From Naegleria gruberi (lineage: Eukaryota): a stretch of DNA of 64,000 nt. The position numbers and the translations under genes are program-made. Shown here piece by piece: positions 45,479-55,774 of the stretch (position 1 is the stretch's first letter; each line of letters starts with the position of its first letter). The stretch lies in assembly GCA_000004985.1 (NCBI GenBank), contig GG738849.1; one strand, 5' to 3'. A model generated the notes under the pieces. That model saw only the letters and a list, made by a program, of their open reading frames with translations, searched no databases and was not told the origin of the DNA.

Positions 45479-47995
45479 TTATGGATCGAAATAATTTCCA
45501 GATATTGGTCCACCAGCGGTACTGCTTGTTTCAATGTTCGTTTCAGTCTTTAATAATCCATAATCACGACGTGATTCAACTCTCTTTAATTTCTTGATTT
45601 CTTTCTTATATTTCCTGAGCATGGATCTTCTCTCCAAAAAGTTTGAATGTTGCTTAAAGTCCTGATCATAAGAAGTAGGTTCAAGATCAATTAAAGTTCC
45701 ATAAAAACCTCTGTGACGTCCCATTACAAGAACAATACACAAGATAACTTTGGAAAACGTTGTCCAAAATCCACAGTAAGCCAATGATGACCCATCCTTA
45801 CCAACAGTCAATCCAGAGTTTGCATAGGCAGAAATAACTTCAAATAGGATGAAGAAAATAGAGAAACTCTTTGGATCTTCTTTCATGGAGTTATTTTCTG
45901 CAATAGAAATAATAAATACCATGATAATCATCCACATGTTACTTGTGGAGAGAATGGTAGCAAAGTAAAACCAAAAATCTGACAAGTATTTCACTAATAA
46001 TTTTCCAGATTTCTTTGCAAACTTTTTGAACTTTTGCATACGAGGAATAGAGGCATGATTAGATTCATCAACAGGTGGAGGAAGCATTGGATGCAAAGAT
46101 GTAACTGAGGCATTTCTTGAAAGAGTATAACCGTATACTCTCTTCTCTTCTTCTTCTAGTTCTACAATGGCTTCTTGTTCTCTTGTCGTTCTCTTTTGAA
46201 GTTTAACAAATACAACATCTTCGTTCTTGGCATTACTGGTTTCAGATTCCAAGTTATCATTATTTTCTGTGGCAGGAGTTTCAACACTGATTGTTGGTGG
46301 GCTGGATGGTTTGGTTTTGACTCTTCTTTCATTCTTGTGGGCAAACTTGATTGTTTTTTTTTCATCGTTGATATGTCTAACCATGTCCACTATCTTGTAT
46401 GCATTCTCTCTCAAACTACATGCCATTTGTGGTTTTGTATACATCATAATTATATAAACAGCAAGGGTAGGGAAAGAAAGTGTAAACAAGTCAATTGAAT
46501 TGAAACCACCAGTTCTAGCACTAATTGGATGGAATAAGGCGATTAAAATTCTTGTTGCTACAGATTTATCTGCCATTCTAGGACTACCCCAATCACACGC
46601 CAATGTAATAACAATACCAAAGACCAACAGTAAGATGGTGATAATACCATAAATTGTTGTCTGTATACCAGGAAACAAGTATGGTGAAAGGTGGTGATGT
46701 TTCTCTAAAATATATTTGAAAACAACCTTTCTTTTCGATGACATTTTGTAAATTATTACAAGAACATATCTCAACACCAGAGGGAAAAGAACATTTCCTA
46801 AAATGATAAGAATACCAACAGTCATACAAATTACCCAATCATCCACAAAATTGCCTAAATTTTCGTCCAACAGTGTAGATCCGCAATTGTTAAATGCACT
46901 AACAGCAATGTAAAGACCTAGCCAGAATGGACTCTTGCCGTGCATGTATTTTTCCTCATTGTACATTCCTGCAAAAACGCCTCCCAAAATTAGAAAACCA
47001 ACACTATTAATTACTACAACTAGAATGAAGGTTATAGAGTGTAGCCATAATAAAGCAGAATATTCAATGTCACTGTGAGGAAATCTTTCCTTTTGCTTAT
47101 TGGAAGTAAATTTTTGTTTCAGAGCACTAAAGAATGAAACAATTCGTGATTGGGCTGGAAAACTAACTGCTTCGTTTTGTGGGATAGTTGGTGGTAATTG
47201 TACCATAGTTGGTTGATACTTTGCTTCTTCTTCTCTAAGCTTGAACATTCTCTTTCTAGCTCTAAAAATCTTGATGAGAAGAATTGGAATCAAGGTAAAG
47301 TGCGGTCCTCCTGAAACAATTGCAAGAAACAAACTAACTTGGGATGGGACTGTAATATCAACAATTGGTTGAGTGACAAACCCAGCCAAACAAACATTTG
47401 CAAAGCTCATCAACAAGGCGTCAATATAGGGAATATTTGCTTTTGGGTTATTGAGCTCGAATACATAAATTAAAGTACCAAATAGGAATCCGCAAAAAAT
47501 AATATAAGCAATATGAATAGGTGCATAATATCTGTATAACCATTTAGGTTTCTTCTGTGTTGTAGCTTGTTCTCCACCATTTTCAAGATTATTCTTTGAA
47601 CGTTTGCAAAAATAAAAAGTACCCAAAGTTACTCTCAAAAACTGATCAATTTTAAATCCAAAATTATCATCACGGTCAACTTTTTCGTGACCCATATCCT
47701 CTTCAATTTCATTCAATTCCTTTTCTTCCTCCGATTCATTGTCAACATTTTCCATCATGGAATTTGGTTGATTTGAAAATGCACTACCCTGATAAGAAAC
47801 AGAGTCCTGGAATTGGTCTTCAAAACGTATGTTATTATGAAGATCGGTTGGTGTCGAGAGATATTGTTCCGCAGCCAATTCTCTTATACTAATATTATCC
47901 GTATTATTATTGTTTGTATTCTCCTCCAATTCGATGGAGGTTGTCGACGGTTCTAATGATGTCTTTTCTATGTTATTGCCAGTTGTAGTAGTCAT
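45479..47995 (-). CDS. Trk/HKT-family (TrkH-fold) cation and K+ transporter, 838 aa, intronless
   Basis: Trk signatures ISARTGGFNSIDL and AYANSGLTVGKDGSSLAYCGFWTTFSKVILCIVLVMGRHRGF, with four repeated M1-P-M2 hydrophobic modules. The long N-terminal and loop extensions are typical of fungal and protist TRK proteins. Confidence 0.85.
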   Translation of the reverse strand: MTTTTGNNIEKTSLEPSTTSIELEENTNNNNTDNISIRELAAEQYLSTPTDLHNNIRFEDQFQDSVSYQGSAFSNQPNSMMENVDNESEEEKELNEIEEDMGHEKVDRDDNFGFKIDQFLRVTLGTFYFCKRSKNNLENGGEQATTQKKPKWLYRYYAPIHIAYIIFCGFLFGTLIYVFELNNPKANIPYIDALLMSFANVCLAGFVTQPIVDITVPSQVSLFLAIVSGGPHFTLIPILLIKIFRARKRMFKLREEEAKYQPTMVQLPPTIPQNEAVSFPAQSRIVSFFSALKQKFTSNKQKERFPHSDIEYSALLWLHSITFILVVVINSVGFLILGGVFAGMYNEEKYMHGKSPFWLGLYIAVSAFNNCGSTLLDENLGNFVDDWVICMTVGILIILGNVLFPLVLRYVLVIIYKMSSKRKVVFKYILEKHHHLSPYLFPGIQTTIYGIITILLLVFGIVITLACDWGSPRMADKSVATRILIALFHPISARTGGFNSIDLFTLSFPTLAVYIIMMYTKPQMACSLRENAYKIVDMVRHINDEKKTIKFAHKNERRVKTKPSSPPTISVETPATENNDNLESETSNAKNEDVVFVKLQKRTTREQEAIVELEEEEKRVYGYTLSRNASVTSLHPMLPPPVDESNHASIPRMQKFKKFAKKSGKLLVKYLSDFWFYFATILSTSNMWMIIMVFIISIAENNSMKEDPKSFSIFFILFEVISAYANSGLTVGKDGSSLAYCGFWTTFSKVILCIVLVMGRHRGFYGTLIDLEPTSYDQDFKQHSNFLERRSMLRKYKKEIKKLKRVESRRDYGLLKTETNIETSSTAGGPISGNYFDP

Positions 47996-48024
47996 TTCAG
48001 ACCAGATTCGTATTGTTGATGATT

Positions 48025-48045
48025 ATCGAACTTGTAGCGCATAAA
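48025..48045. promoter_or_regulatory. ATCGAACTTGTAGCGCATAAA, 30-50 bp upstream of the TRK transporter ATG (gene on the minus strand)
   Basis: Same ATCGA-N-(T)GGCGC-like arrangement as the PCNA site (ATCGAGTTGGCGCTAAA). Confidence 0.3.
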
Positions 48046-48348
48046 CTAACGTTGAGAGAGGACACTTGTGTGCTTAGGTAATGATAAACAGTGTTATTTT
48101 TTTAATACGTCAACAAGTAATCCTTCTCTGGATATTATTGCTTTTTACTCTGTTTTTTTATTATTTAATTAAAAACGAGTTTGGATGATGGCACTGTTAG
48201 GATTATTATTGGTGCTACAAAAAACTGTAATAATACTGAGTTGAAAAATTAGTTTATTATTTTGATGTAGTAGTTGGTTCTTCCTAACCTTCTTTTGTTC
48301 TGTTAAAATCAACAAATAATTTAATAACAAAAAGGTGGAGGCTGATTG

Positions 48349-49071
48349 TCAGACATAAATATAATGATTATCATCCAACTTTGCACCATCCTTGGATAGG
48401 TATTGGCCATCCACAAATACTACTTCCCTTCTAAAGCCCTGGTCCTTCTTTAACCAAGCTTTAATTTTAAAAGTAACTATCGGAATGAAAATCATTAAAC
48501 TCAAGCTTGTGATAATGAAACATCCGAATATTGCCATTGAAATTAGAATACTTGTGGGAGAGTTGATCTTTTCCAATAATTCCTTTCCAGAATCAACATT
48601 CTTATTTATGGAGACAAAATAAGATGTTGTTGGTGTAGAATTTGTTGCAATATAACAATTAAATAATTCTCCATTCCCAACAATACTATTCGTAATAATG
48701 ACAGAATCGGTTAAATTTCTAACAATAACAGTATTCCAATTCAATTTTGATAAAATTGCTAGTGATGTATTGGGAAATTTGTAAGGATAGTCATTCCAAA
48801 TCACTACCTTTGGATAGCACATTTTAACATTGGTACAACTTCTTGAAAAGCAATGTCTTTCAATAGTGCATTGATTATCACGATCCATCATCAAACATGT
48901 TATATTATAATTATTTGAGTTGATAACTCTATCCCGATCAATGATCCAAATGTCTTTACTAGCTTCCAATCCCGATAAAACTGCAGCTAAATAGCCTCCA
49001 CAAATTATGAAGGAAATGAATGCAATTGTTGCAACAAAACAACCAAATTTTTCGCAAAATTGCTTGCACAA
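48349..49071 (-). CDS. Hypothetical Cys- and Asn-rich membrane protein with N-terminal and C-terminal transmembrane segments
   Basis: 240-aa ORF. Hydrophobic helices at both ends: FVATIAFISFIICGGYLAAVL and ILISMAIFGCFIITSLSLMIFIPIV. Multiple N-x-S/T sites and Cys residues lie between them. No recognisable family. Confidence 0.4.
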   Translation of the reverse strand: MCKQFCEKFGCFVATIAFISFIICGGYLAAVLSGLEASKDIWIIDRDRVINSNNYNITCLMMDRDNQCTIERHCFSRSCTNVKMCYPKVVIWNDYPYKFPNTSLAILSKLNWNTVIVRNLTDSVIITNSIVGNGELFNCYIATNSTPTTSYFVSINKNVDSGKELLEKINSPTSILISMAIFGCFIITSLSLMIFIPIVTFKIKAWLKKDQGFRREVVFVDGQYLSKDGAKLDDNHYIYV

Positions 49072-49156
49072 CAGATGATGTTTAAAAGAGAACAGTTTCG
49101 AATTTTTTTAATAATTTTTATTAATAACTGGGAGGTGGTTAGAGCGGTTTGAAAAA

Positions 49157-49168
49157 GGTTCCCGCTAC
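49157..49168. promoter_or_regulatory. GGTTCCCGCTAC (TTCCCGC E2F half-site) about 20 bp upstream of the IFT20 ATG
   Basis: Isolated GC-containing motif in an AT-rich 114-bp spacer. TCGAATTTTTTTAAT 60 bp upstream resembles TCGAATTTTAAT in the FIGL1 element. Confidence 0.25.
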
Positions 49169-49185
49169 AAAGTTCTACAAAAAAA

Positions 49186-49628
49186 ATGGAAGACTTGAAA
49201 TTAACGTTCGATGAGGAATATAACTTGAGAGTGTTTGACCCAGCCAAGTTTAGTACTTCCGAGATGATGAAGACCAAATCGGAGGAGTTTGCTTCCAGTA
49301 AGTGTTGTATGGAAGGATTTAATTTAATAATTCATGTGAAGAGATTAAGGATTTTCAGAAACTTGTTGCTGAAGTAATGCAAATATTGAACAATCAGGGG
49401 AAAACAATTGAAGATGAAAAATTAAAAGCCATTGGTATGAGAAATCTTGTTAAAGGGGAGGAGGATCGAAGAAAGAATTTATTGAGAGAATACAACCAAT
49501 TAATAACAGACAAGCACACAGAATTGGAGAGGTATATTGATGAATTGGAGTCGCTGAAAAAAGTTGACCAAGAACAAAAGAAGCTTATTGAAAGATTGAG
49601 CAACAATGAGCCAACAGATTTAGATTAA
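49186..49628 (+). CDS. ift20: Intraflagellar transport protein 20 (IFT-B complex), about 127 aa. Exons 49186-49297 and 49359-49628
   Basis: Collinear with human IFT20. LTFDEEYNLRVFDP compared with LHFDELNKLRVLDP. EDEKLKAIGMRNLVK compared with ENEKMKAIGARNLLK. ELERYIDELESLKKVDQEQ compared with QLERYRVEYEALCKVEAEQ. A 61-nt GTAAGT..TTCAG intron (phase 1) joins ...EEFAS to KLVAEVMQIL. Confidence 0.85.
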
Positions 49629-49713
49629 AAATTGTAAAGAATATATTGAAATTGTAAATTATGATTAATTATTAAATTATTTTCGAATATGATTTATTGT
49701 TTCTGATAAATAT

Positions 49714-50574
49714 TTACACCCTGTGAGCCTCTAGTAATGGAGCTTCTTTCTTCCTGTCAACTGTAAAGAACCTAATGATGGTGACAATAATACAAATAGT
49801 AAAGAAAATTACTGGAATTGCAAAAGAAGCACCAATGATAGTACCAATCAACCAACTCTCCATTAAATTATATGGAATGTAACACATGGTATAACTTGAA
49901 GCTTGGAAATTGAAACCAGCTTTCAGCAATTCATCAGCAACAAGAGTGGTATTGAACTCGACTGTTTGATTGGCTGGGAGAGTAAAATGGGAGCTTGGGA
50001 ATGTCTTCTTGCTGGAAGCAATGTATGGTTCAATAGGCACACTTGACAAGCCATCAGCATGAGTAAAAGAAAGGAAAACAGATTCAACTGGAATTGAAAA
50101 TTGGAGAGGATAATTTACAGTGGTCATTGTTGTATCTGTAGTATTTGAAATAAATCCAATGGTACCAAGCATCTTGTAAGAAAGAACAATATTCAATACG
50201 GTACTCTTTGGTAAACTATCCAATGCTGAGAAACTGACTGCAATTACTTGAGCTGTTGCAGTACTTGTAACATCTATCTTGAAGACTTTCAAATCGGAAA
50301 TTTTAAATCCTGTTGGAGGAGTTCCCACAATTGTTGCCTTAACTGTATGAACCCACACATATTTAAGAGGAAGGTCTGTTGTTGGAATTTTTCTTTCGAA
50401 ACTTGTAACTCCATACGATGATGATACTAGTGTAATATTTTCGCTGACTGAAATCATACAGTCATCAGTACTACCTATTGTTATGGAACCTCGAAAGGAC
50501 TTGACAGAATCAAACTGTGCCGACACTAGAGAAAATAAAATTGTCATACTAAATACTAGGGCGAGAATAAACAT
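49714..50574 (-). CDS. Hypothetical type-I membrane glycoprotein: signal peptide, Ser/Thr-rich ectodomain, a single C-terminal TM and a short basic tail
   Basis: ORF 49714-50625. The likely start is MFILALVFSMTILFSLVSAQ (signal peptide). Many N-x-T/S sites. C-terminal TM WLIGTIIGASFAIPVIFFTICIIVTII followed by RFFTVDRKK. No family assignment. Confidence 0.4.
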   Translation of the reverse strand: MFILALVFSMTILFSLVSAQFDSVKSFRGSITIGSTDDCMISVSENITLVSSSYGVTSFERKIPTTDLPLKYVWVHTVKATIVGTPPTGFKISDLKVFKIDVTSTATAQVIAVSFSALDSLPKSTVLNIVLSYKMLGTIGFISNTTDTTMTTVNYPLQFSIPVESVFLSFTHADGLSSVPIEPYIASSKKTFPSSHFTLPANQTVEFNTTLVADELLKAGFNFQASSYTMCYIPYNLMESWLIGTIIGASFAIPVIFFTICIIVTIIRFFTVDRKKEAPLLEAHRV

Positions 50575-50710
50575 GAGCGTTTTTCCTCTTGTAGTAGCAA
50601 TTCTATCATTTTTGAACATATTCACTAGTGGTTTGAGGGAGATAGGAAAACGCCTTATTTTTTTTTAAAGTTTGTTTGACAAACGGTTTAAAGTACATCT
50701 GTAGTCAGAA

Positions 50711-50729
50711 ATGGATTTGGCGCCATTTT
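50711..50729. promoter_or_regulatory. Near-palindromic E2F-type site ATGGATTTGGCGCCATTTT in the divergent promoter between the 303-aa membrane protein gene and the Arp gene
   Basis: TTTGGCGCCA is the canonical palindromic E2F/DP core. The flanking ATGGATTTGGCGCC parallels ATCGAGTTGGCGCT at PCNA. Confidence 0.4.
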
Positions 50730-50908
50730 CAATATCCCTTGATGGAATCTACTGGTCTTATTAATGTCTGTTCATTTAGGTATTTGAGAACATGATATAT
50801 TTTAATAATTGCTCAAAGACAATTGACTAGTATCATGATGAGAATACAAAACCTCTGAAATGAATATTTGCATACATCTAAGGCAAACTTGAATCACTAT
50901 AAAAAAAA

Positions 50909-52831
50909 ATGTCCTTCTTCTTTCGGAGAGGAAATCGTTCCACTAGTCAAAACAATAATCAGTCATCGGTGGCATCCATAAATTCAACATCGGATGATGA
51001 AGAGGAGGTGGCTACACCATCAATAACAGATCAGAATAAGGTATTAATTTCATCACCACGTTTCCGAAGTAGTAGCCTCTCACAACAGCAAAACAATCAA
51101 AGAACAGACGAAAGAATTGAGATTGCAGTGGAGGGTGATGATAGTGGCACCCCTTCAACTCTATCGAAAGTGGACATTAATAGAGTAGAACAATCGAGTG
51201 GATTATTGGAAATTCCTTCATCTGCCTACAAGAGAAAAATCTCATTCTCTGATGAATCAAGTCCAGAAACAACACCAACAAAAACAGCAACATCAGATAA
51301 TTTGTATAGTTCAGCACTTACTACTAAGGGTAATTATAAAGTGACACCAAATAGTAATAGAAGAGTTTTGAATAAGATTCCTTCCTCTCTCAGATTGGAT
51401 CCAAAAACATTTACAAGGAAGAACTCAACTCCTCAATTATTCACCTCCCCAAGAAATCCTTTATCATTATCTCTCTCTAAATTGAATGAAACAAAAATAT
51501 CATCCGAAAATATAAGCAATGTTGTGCTGAGTAGTAGGAGCTCCTCGCAGCTTGTAGTAATTATTGAAATAGGGAGAAAATATTTCAAGTGTGGAATATC
51601 TGGAGACTATTGCCCAAGAGTAGTTCTTCCTGTACCTTATGAACTTTCAGAAATGTTGTGTAAATGTAAAAATCATAATTTTAATATAGACCACATGAAA
51701 CAAGCCTTTTCCAGTTTTGAAAAAGATATTGGATCTTGTAATATAGAAACTGATGTAATTTTTGATGAGTATACACGAATTGGATTCGGGAACAGTATTG
51801 AAGATGATGCCTATTATGAAGAAAAACTGTCTCACCTTTTGGGAAAACTATTAAAGAGGATATTCATCGATGAACTCAAACTTCATTTGGATAGCATAGA
51901 TCATGTGGTAATTTTGGAGAATGTTTATTCACTACATGAAAATCTAGTGAGGAGAACAGTGGAAGACATGTGCAATAGAAAACGATTTTCCAAACTGAAA
52001 GGAATTAAATTTATCAATGCTCAAAGTTGTGCCCTAATACCTAGCTCTTGCTCGGTAAAATTTCAAACAGCAAATGATAGCAACAAATTGCTTTCTCCAC
52101 CCATCCTAAGTTTGACTTCGAGGAAAGGAAACGAAGAGATGGATGTAAATGGCTTGGTTATTGATTGTGGATTTTCAGAATGTAAAATTGTACCAGTCTT
52201 GTTTGGATGTATTGTGCAGGCTGGTGTGGTAGTTGTTGACACTGGATCAAAACATATTCTTCGACGATTGAAGGACAATTTGATGAAAATGAATCCAAAA
52301 GAATCACTGACACCTCAGCACTGTGACCATGTGGATCTCAATAAGTTATTCTATGAGCATGATGAAGGAGAAATGCTCAAGTATAGCAAACTGATGGATT
52401 GTGAAACAATGCTATTGGAAGATATTTTCACAAGAGTTTGTTATTGTGATGGTGAAGGAGATAATCCACTTGTTCCATTTTCAGATATTATTCAGTATTG
52501 GAATGGCAGGTATTGTATCTCAATTACTGACGCCATCAGAAGAGAGGCTTGTGACATTTTATTTGACCCTCTCATGGAAGGTATTGTGGAAAGTTTGAAA
52601 CGAATTGAAATTGATCCACGATCTAAAATTTTGAAAAACATTCTGGTATGTGGAGGTTTGGCTGAAATTGCTGGTTTCAAAAAGAAGCTCCTTAGAAGTT
52701 TGAGGGATATACTGAGTGAGCGAGATATGACAAGGAGTTGGTTGAAAAACATTGGAATCAATATGGATGATACAGTCTCTCATTCCATTCTCAATTGGTA
52801 TGGTGCCTCAATTATTTCCTCACAATTATAA
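50909..52831 (+). CDS. Divergent actin-related protein (Arp10/11- or Arp8-like) with a Ser-rich N-terminal extension of about 200 aa
   Basis: Actin-fold signatures LVIDCGFSECKIVPVLFG (actin VLDSGDGVTHTVPIYEG) and KNILVCGGLAEIAGFKKKL (actin [20 protein letters not shown]). The rest is highly divergent. Confidence 0.7.
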   Translation: MSFFFRRGNRSTSQNNNQSSVASINSTSDDEEEVATPSITDQNKVLISSPRFRSSSLSQQQNNQRTDERIEIAVEGDDSGTPSTLSKVDINRVEQSSGLLEIPSSAYKRKISFSDESSPETTPTKTATSDNLYSSALTTKGNYKVTPNSNRRVLNKIPSSLRLDPKTFTRKNSTPQLFTSPRNPLSLSLSKLNETKISSENISNVVLSSRSSSQLVVIIEIGRKYFKCGISGDYCPRVVLPVPYELSEMLCKCKNHNFNIDHMKQAFSSFEKDIGSCNIETDVIFDEYTRIGFGNSIEDDAYYEEKLSHLLGKLLKRIFIDELKLHLDSIDHVVILENVYSLHENLVRRTVEDMCNRKRFSKLKGIKFINAQSCALIPSSCSVKFQTANDSNKLLSPPILSLTSRKGNEEMDVNGLVIDCGFSECKIVPVLFGCIVQAGVVVVDTGSKHILRRLKDNLMKMNPKESLTPQHCDHVDLNKLFYEHDEGEMLKYSKLMDCETMLLEDIFTRVCYCDGEGDNPLVPFSDIIQYWNGRYCISITDAIRREACDILFDPLMEGIVESLKRIEIDPRSKILKNILVCGGLAEIAGFKKKLLRSLRDILSERDMTRSWLKNIGINMDDTVSHSILNWYGASIISSQL

Positions 52832-52842
52832 ACATGACATAT

Positions 52843-54210
52843 TTATTTGTATTTAAAAACAATGTCATCAAAGAGTGGATTTTCAAAGCTGGCCTTGATA
52901 AGATCTCCCTTTTCTAATTCTCTTGACTTTCCAGTCATTGTACCACTAGAAATGATTTGACCTGCCAAAACATCACGACCAAATTCACCTGTAATTCTGT
53001 TAATACATTGCAGACAAGTATCTAATGGACCTTTAGTTTCATTTGGATCATATTGACCATTGCAAACGAAACTTCCCTTGGCCTTTGTATCAGATTCACC
53101 ATTCAAGAAGAGTTCAACATTTTCAAATGACAACTTGGCAACTTGTGTCTTATCGAAAGTTGATGGCTTTTCTGGAATGATTAAATTAATATGACCACCC
53201 AAATCAGCAATTCTTGTCAAGACACCTCCATTATTTTCAACATTATCAACTCTTGTACCAATAATTTCTACAACACCTTTAACATGATCCAATGCATCAA
53301 TTAATTCTTCCTTTGTATATGGTTCAGAACGAGCCTTTAAATCCTTAGCCAAAACAAAACCAAATTCAATTTCTACCATTGGTCCAAAGTTTGTCACATC
53401 TTCAACTTGAACAGATTCTGGATTTTTCAAAACTTGATGTTCAAAAATAGGTCCCAAGAATGGTTGCTTGATGTTCAATCTCACCAAAGCCTTTGGTTGA
53501 GTTGCTCCAATTTTCCATCCAACTAATTTCCAACCCTTTTCCTTTTCCAAGAGATCAATCAATCTCAATTGAGCATATTGAGCTTCAGTTTCAGATTTTG
53601 GAAGAATGTTTTGAGGGAATGTTAAAATAGTTCTATTTGCTAATTTTCTCTTTTTGATAGATTTGAAAGCGGCCATTGGTGTAACTTCATCAGGATCAAT
53701 TTTAGAGAGTGCTTCCTTGTTAAATTTGAGAACAGGAACATCTTCATCTTCATTTTGTGGCTTTCTTTCTTTAATTTCATTTTCTAATAACTTTTGAATG
53801 ATTTTATCATCTCTCAATGTAATTTCTTCAATTTGTTCCAAAGCTGATTTTTGTTTAGGATTAGTTTCAAGGAAATCTTGATAATTTTTATATTGAAATT
53901 TCATCAATAATCTTGCAATATATTCAATTCTTTTTTGTTCATCACTATTCCATTTATCTTGTTTAAACCACAATTGGAGTGGCTTTTCAAGTGGTTTATC
54001 AAGAATTTTGTTAATGTACTTTTTCTTTGGACGAGCTTGAGCAACCATTGGTTTTGCTTCTTCAAAGGAAGCAGCAGAAGCATTATCCTGTTGATTGAGA
54101 GTAATTTCCGATCTAGAGAAATTTCTAACAACAACATTGCTGAATAAATACTGTTGTTGTGGCGATGAGGAATTGGATAAAAGCCTTCTGATTGGGAGAG
54201 TTGTTTTCAT
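52843..54210 (-). CDS. 2-keto-4-pentenoate hydratase / 2-oxohept-3-enedioate hydratase family (MhpD/HpcG-like, FAH superfamily) domain fused to an N-terminal extension of about 190 aa with a presequence-like start
   Basis: The C-terminal 260 aa align with E. coli MhpD. [26 protein letters not shown] compared with [39 protein letters not shown] compared with [32 protein letters not shown] compared with [30 protein letters not shown] compared with GDIILTGALGP. The N-terminus [34 protein letters not shown] resembles a mitochondrial targeting peptide. Confidence 0.7.
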   Translation of the reverse strand: [455 protein letters not shown]

Positions 54211-54480
54211 TTTGATTGAATTATTTTTTTTATTAAAATTTTTTAAATTTTGTTGTGATCCACATTTTCGAAAATTTTGGATAGCTGAGTTGTTTTGTAA
54301 TATTTATGAAAATTTAATTTTCCTGATACAGGATAATTCACTCTAATAATTGTTGGTCTAAGTGGCAACAATATATTTTAAAGGCTCTTGAGAGTGTATA
54401 AATAATTCAATTCTATTTTGACATGTTAAATGTTATTTTTAAAGAGCTAGAAGTTAAATAAAAGTAAAAATTGAAAGAAA

Positions 54481-55566
54481 ATGAATGAAGAAGGATTTTC
54501 CTCATTGTTGCAGCTAAGACATCAAACAGATTGCATTGGTGTTATTTTACAATTTTTTGGATTCAAGGAAAGAATTTGCAAGCTTTCTCTCGTGTGCAAA
54601 GATTGGATGAAACTCATCAAACAGCTGCCGATCAGAATCCATTTACATCAATACTCGAATTGGGTTGGTTGGGATGAATCAAATTCAAAAACTTATAGGA
54701 AAATGATCAAGAGTGAATTCTTGAATAATTTGATCGGTTTGGAAATGTCTGGATGTGTTTCCGAGGATGTGAAAAATGTTGTGAAGAAGTATTCAAAACT
54801 TGAGTATCTTTCTGTGCATAATTGTCATCCAAGAGGTGCATTTGCAGTTGCGAAATATCTCCCCAATTTGACTGCGTTGGATTTTAGTGAATCAAGAATT
54901 TTAAATATTGGTTCAATTTCTATTGTAAAGAGTGAAAATATGAGAAATTTAACAAGTTTAAATTTGGACTATTGTAAAGTTTCTGAAGTTTTTGCAAGAG
55001 AGCTTGTTAGTAGTCCTTATATGAACAATCTGAATAGTCTTTCTCTTAAATGTAATAATTTGAAAGTGGAAGGTGTCAAAATTCTTAGTCAAAGTCCAAT
55101 ACTTTCCAATCTAACATTCTTAAAATTAGAAAGAAATAGAATTGGAAAGGAAGGATTATCCTACCTATGTAATAGTATCCATATGAACAAATTAACCTCT
55201 CTCAATCTTAAAGGAAATTCATTAGGTGATGAAGGAATGGAAATTCTAACCTCTCACAATTCAATCCTCAAAAAACTAACTCTTTTGAATTTGAGTGGTA
55301 ATTCAATTACAGATGAAGGGATTAGAACGTTGGTAAATTCGCCAGATATGAGCAATTTGAGTTCTCTCTATTTGGGTAATAATGATGGTTATCGTGGATG
55401 GTTTAAGGTTTACAGTCTTTACAATAATTATACAAAACTAGCTGTCGAGATGATAGTTGAAAGTCCTTTTATGAAACAACTCAAAAATTTACAATTAATT
55501 CCTATGGCAGAGAAAGATAAGGTATTACTCAAATCTATTCCAAACCTAAAAATTGTTTCTAGATGA
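54481..55566 (+). CDS. F-box / leucine-rich-repeat protein (RNI-type LRRs)
   Basis: N-terminal F-box-like CIGVILQFFGFKERICKLSLVCKDWMKLI, followed by about 9 LRRs of the LxxLxLxxNxIgdeG type (LTSLNLKGNSLGDEGMEIL, LTLLNLSGNSITDEGIRTL). Confidence 0.65.
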   Translation: MNEEGFSSLLQLRHQTDCIGVILQFFGFKERICKLSLVCKDWMKLIKQLPIRIHLHQYSNWVGWDESNSKTYRKMIKSEFLNNLIGLEMSGCVSEDVKNVVKKYSKLEYLSVHNCHPRGAFAVAKYLPNLTALDFSESRILNIGSISIVKSENMRNLTSLNLDYCKVSEVFARELVSSPYMNNLNSLSLKCNNLKVEGVKILSQSPILSNLTFLKLERNRIGKEGLSYLCNSIHMNKLTSLNLKGNSLGDEGMEILTSHNSILKKLTLLNLSGNSITDEGIRTLVNSPDMSNLSSLYLGNNDGYRGWFKVYSLYNNYTKLAVEMIVESPFMKQLKNLQLIPMAEKDKVLLKSIPNLKIVSR

Positions 55567-55774
55567 TTATAAAATTCCAATTATTTACTGAATCAGAATT
55601 ATTCATCACAATATTTTCTTTGTGAATTTTAATCCATTCAACTTGCTGTAATAAAGCACACTATGAAGACTTGTACAACATGAATCCTCAGTCTACTAGT
55701 ACATCTCCATAAATATCAAGGCATACCTTTCAAAACTATTTTGATTTTACACTTTCAGAGATATAATTGAAAAC

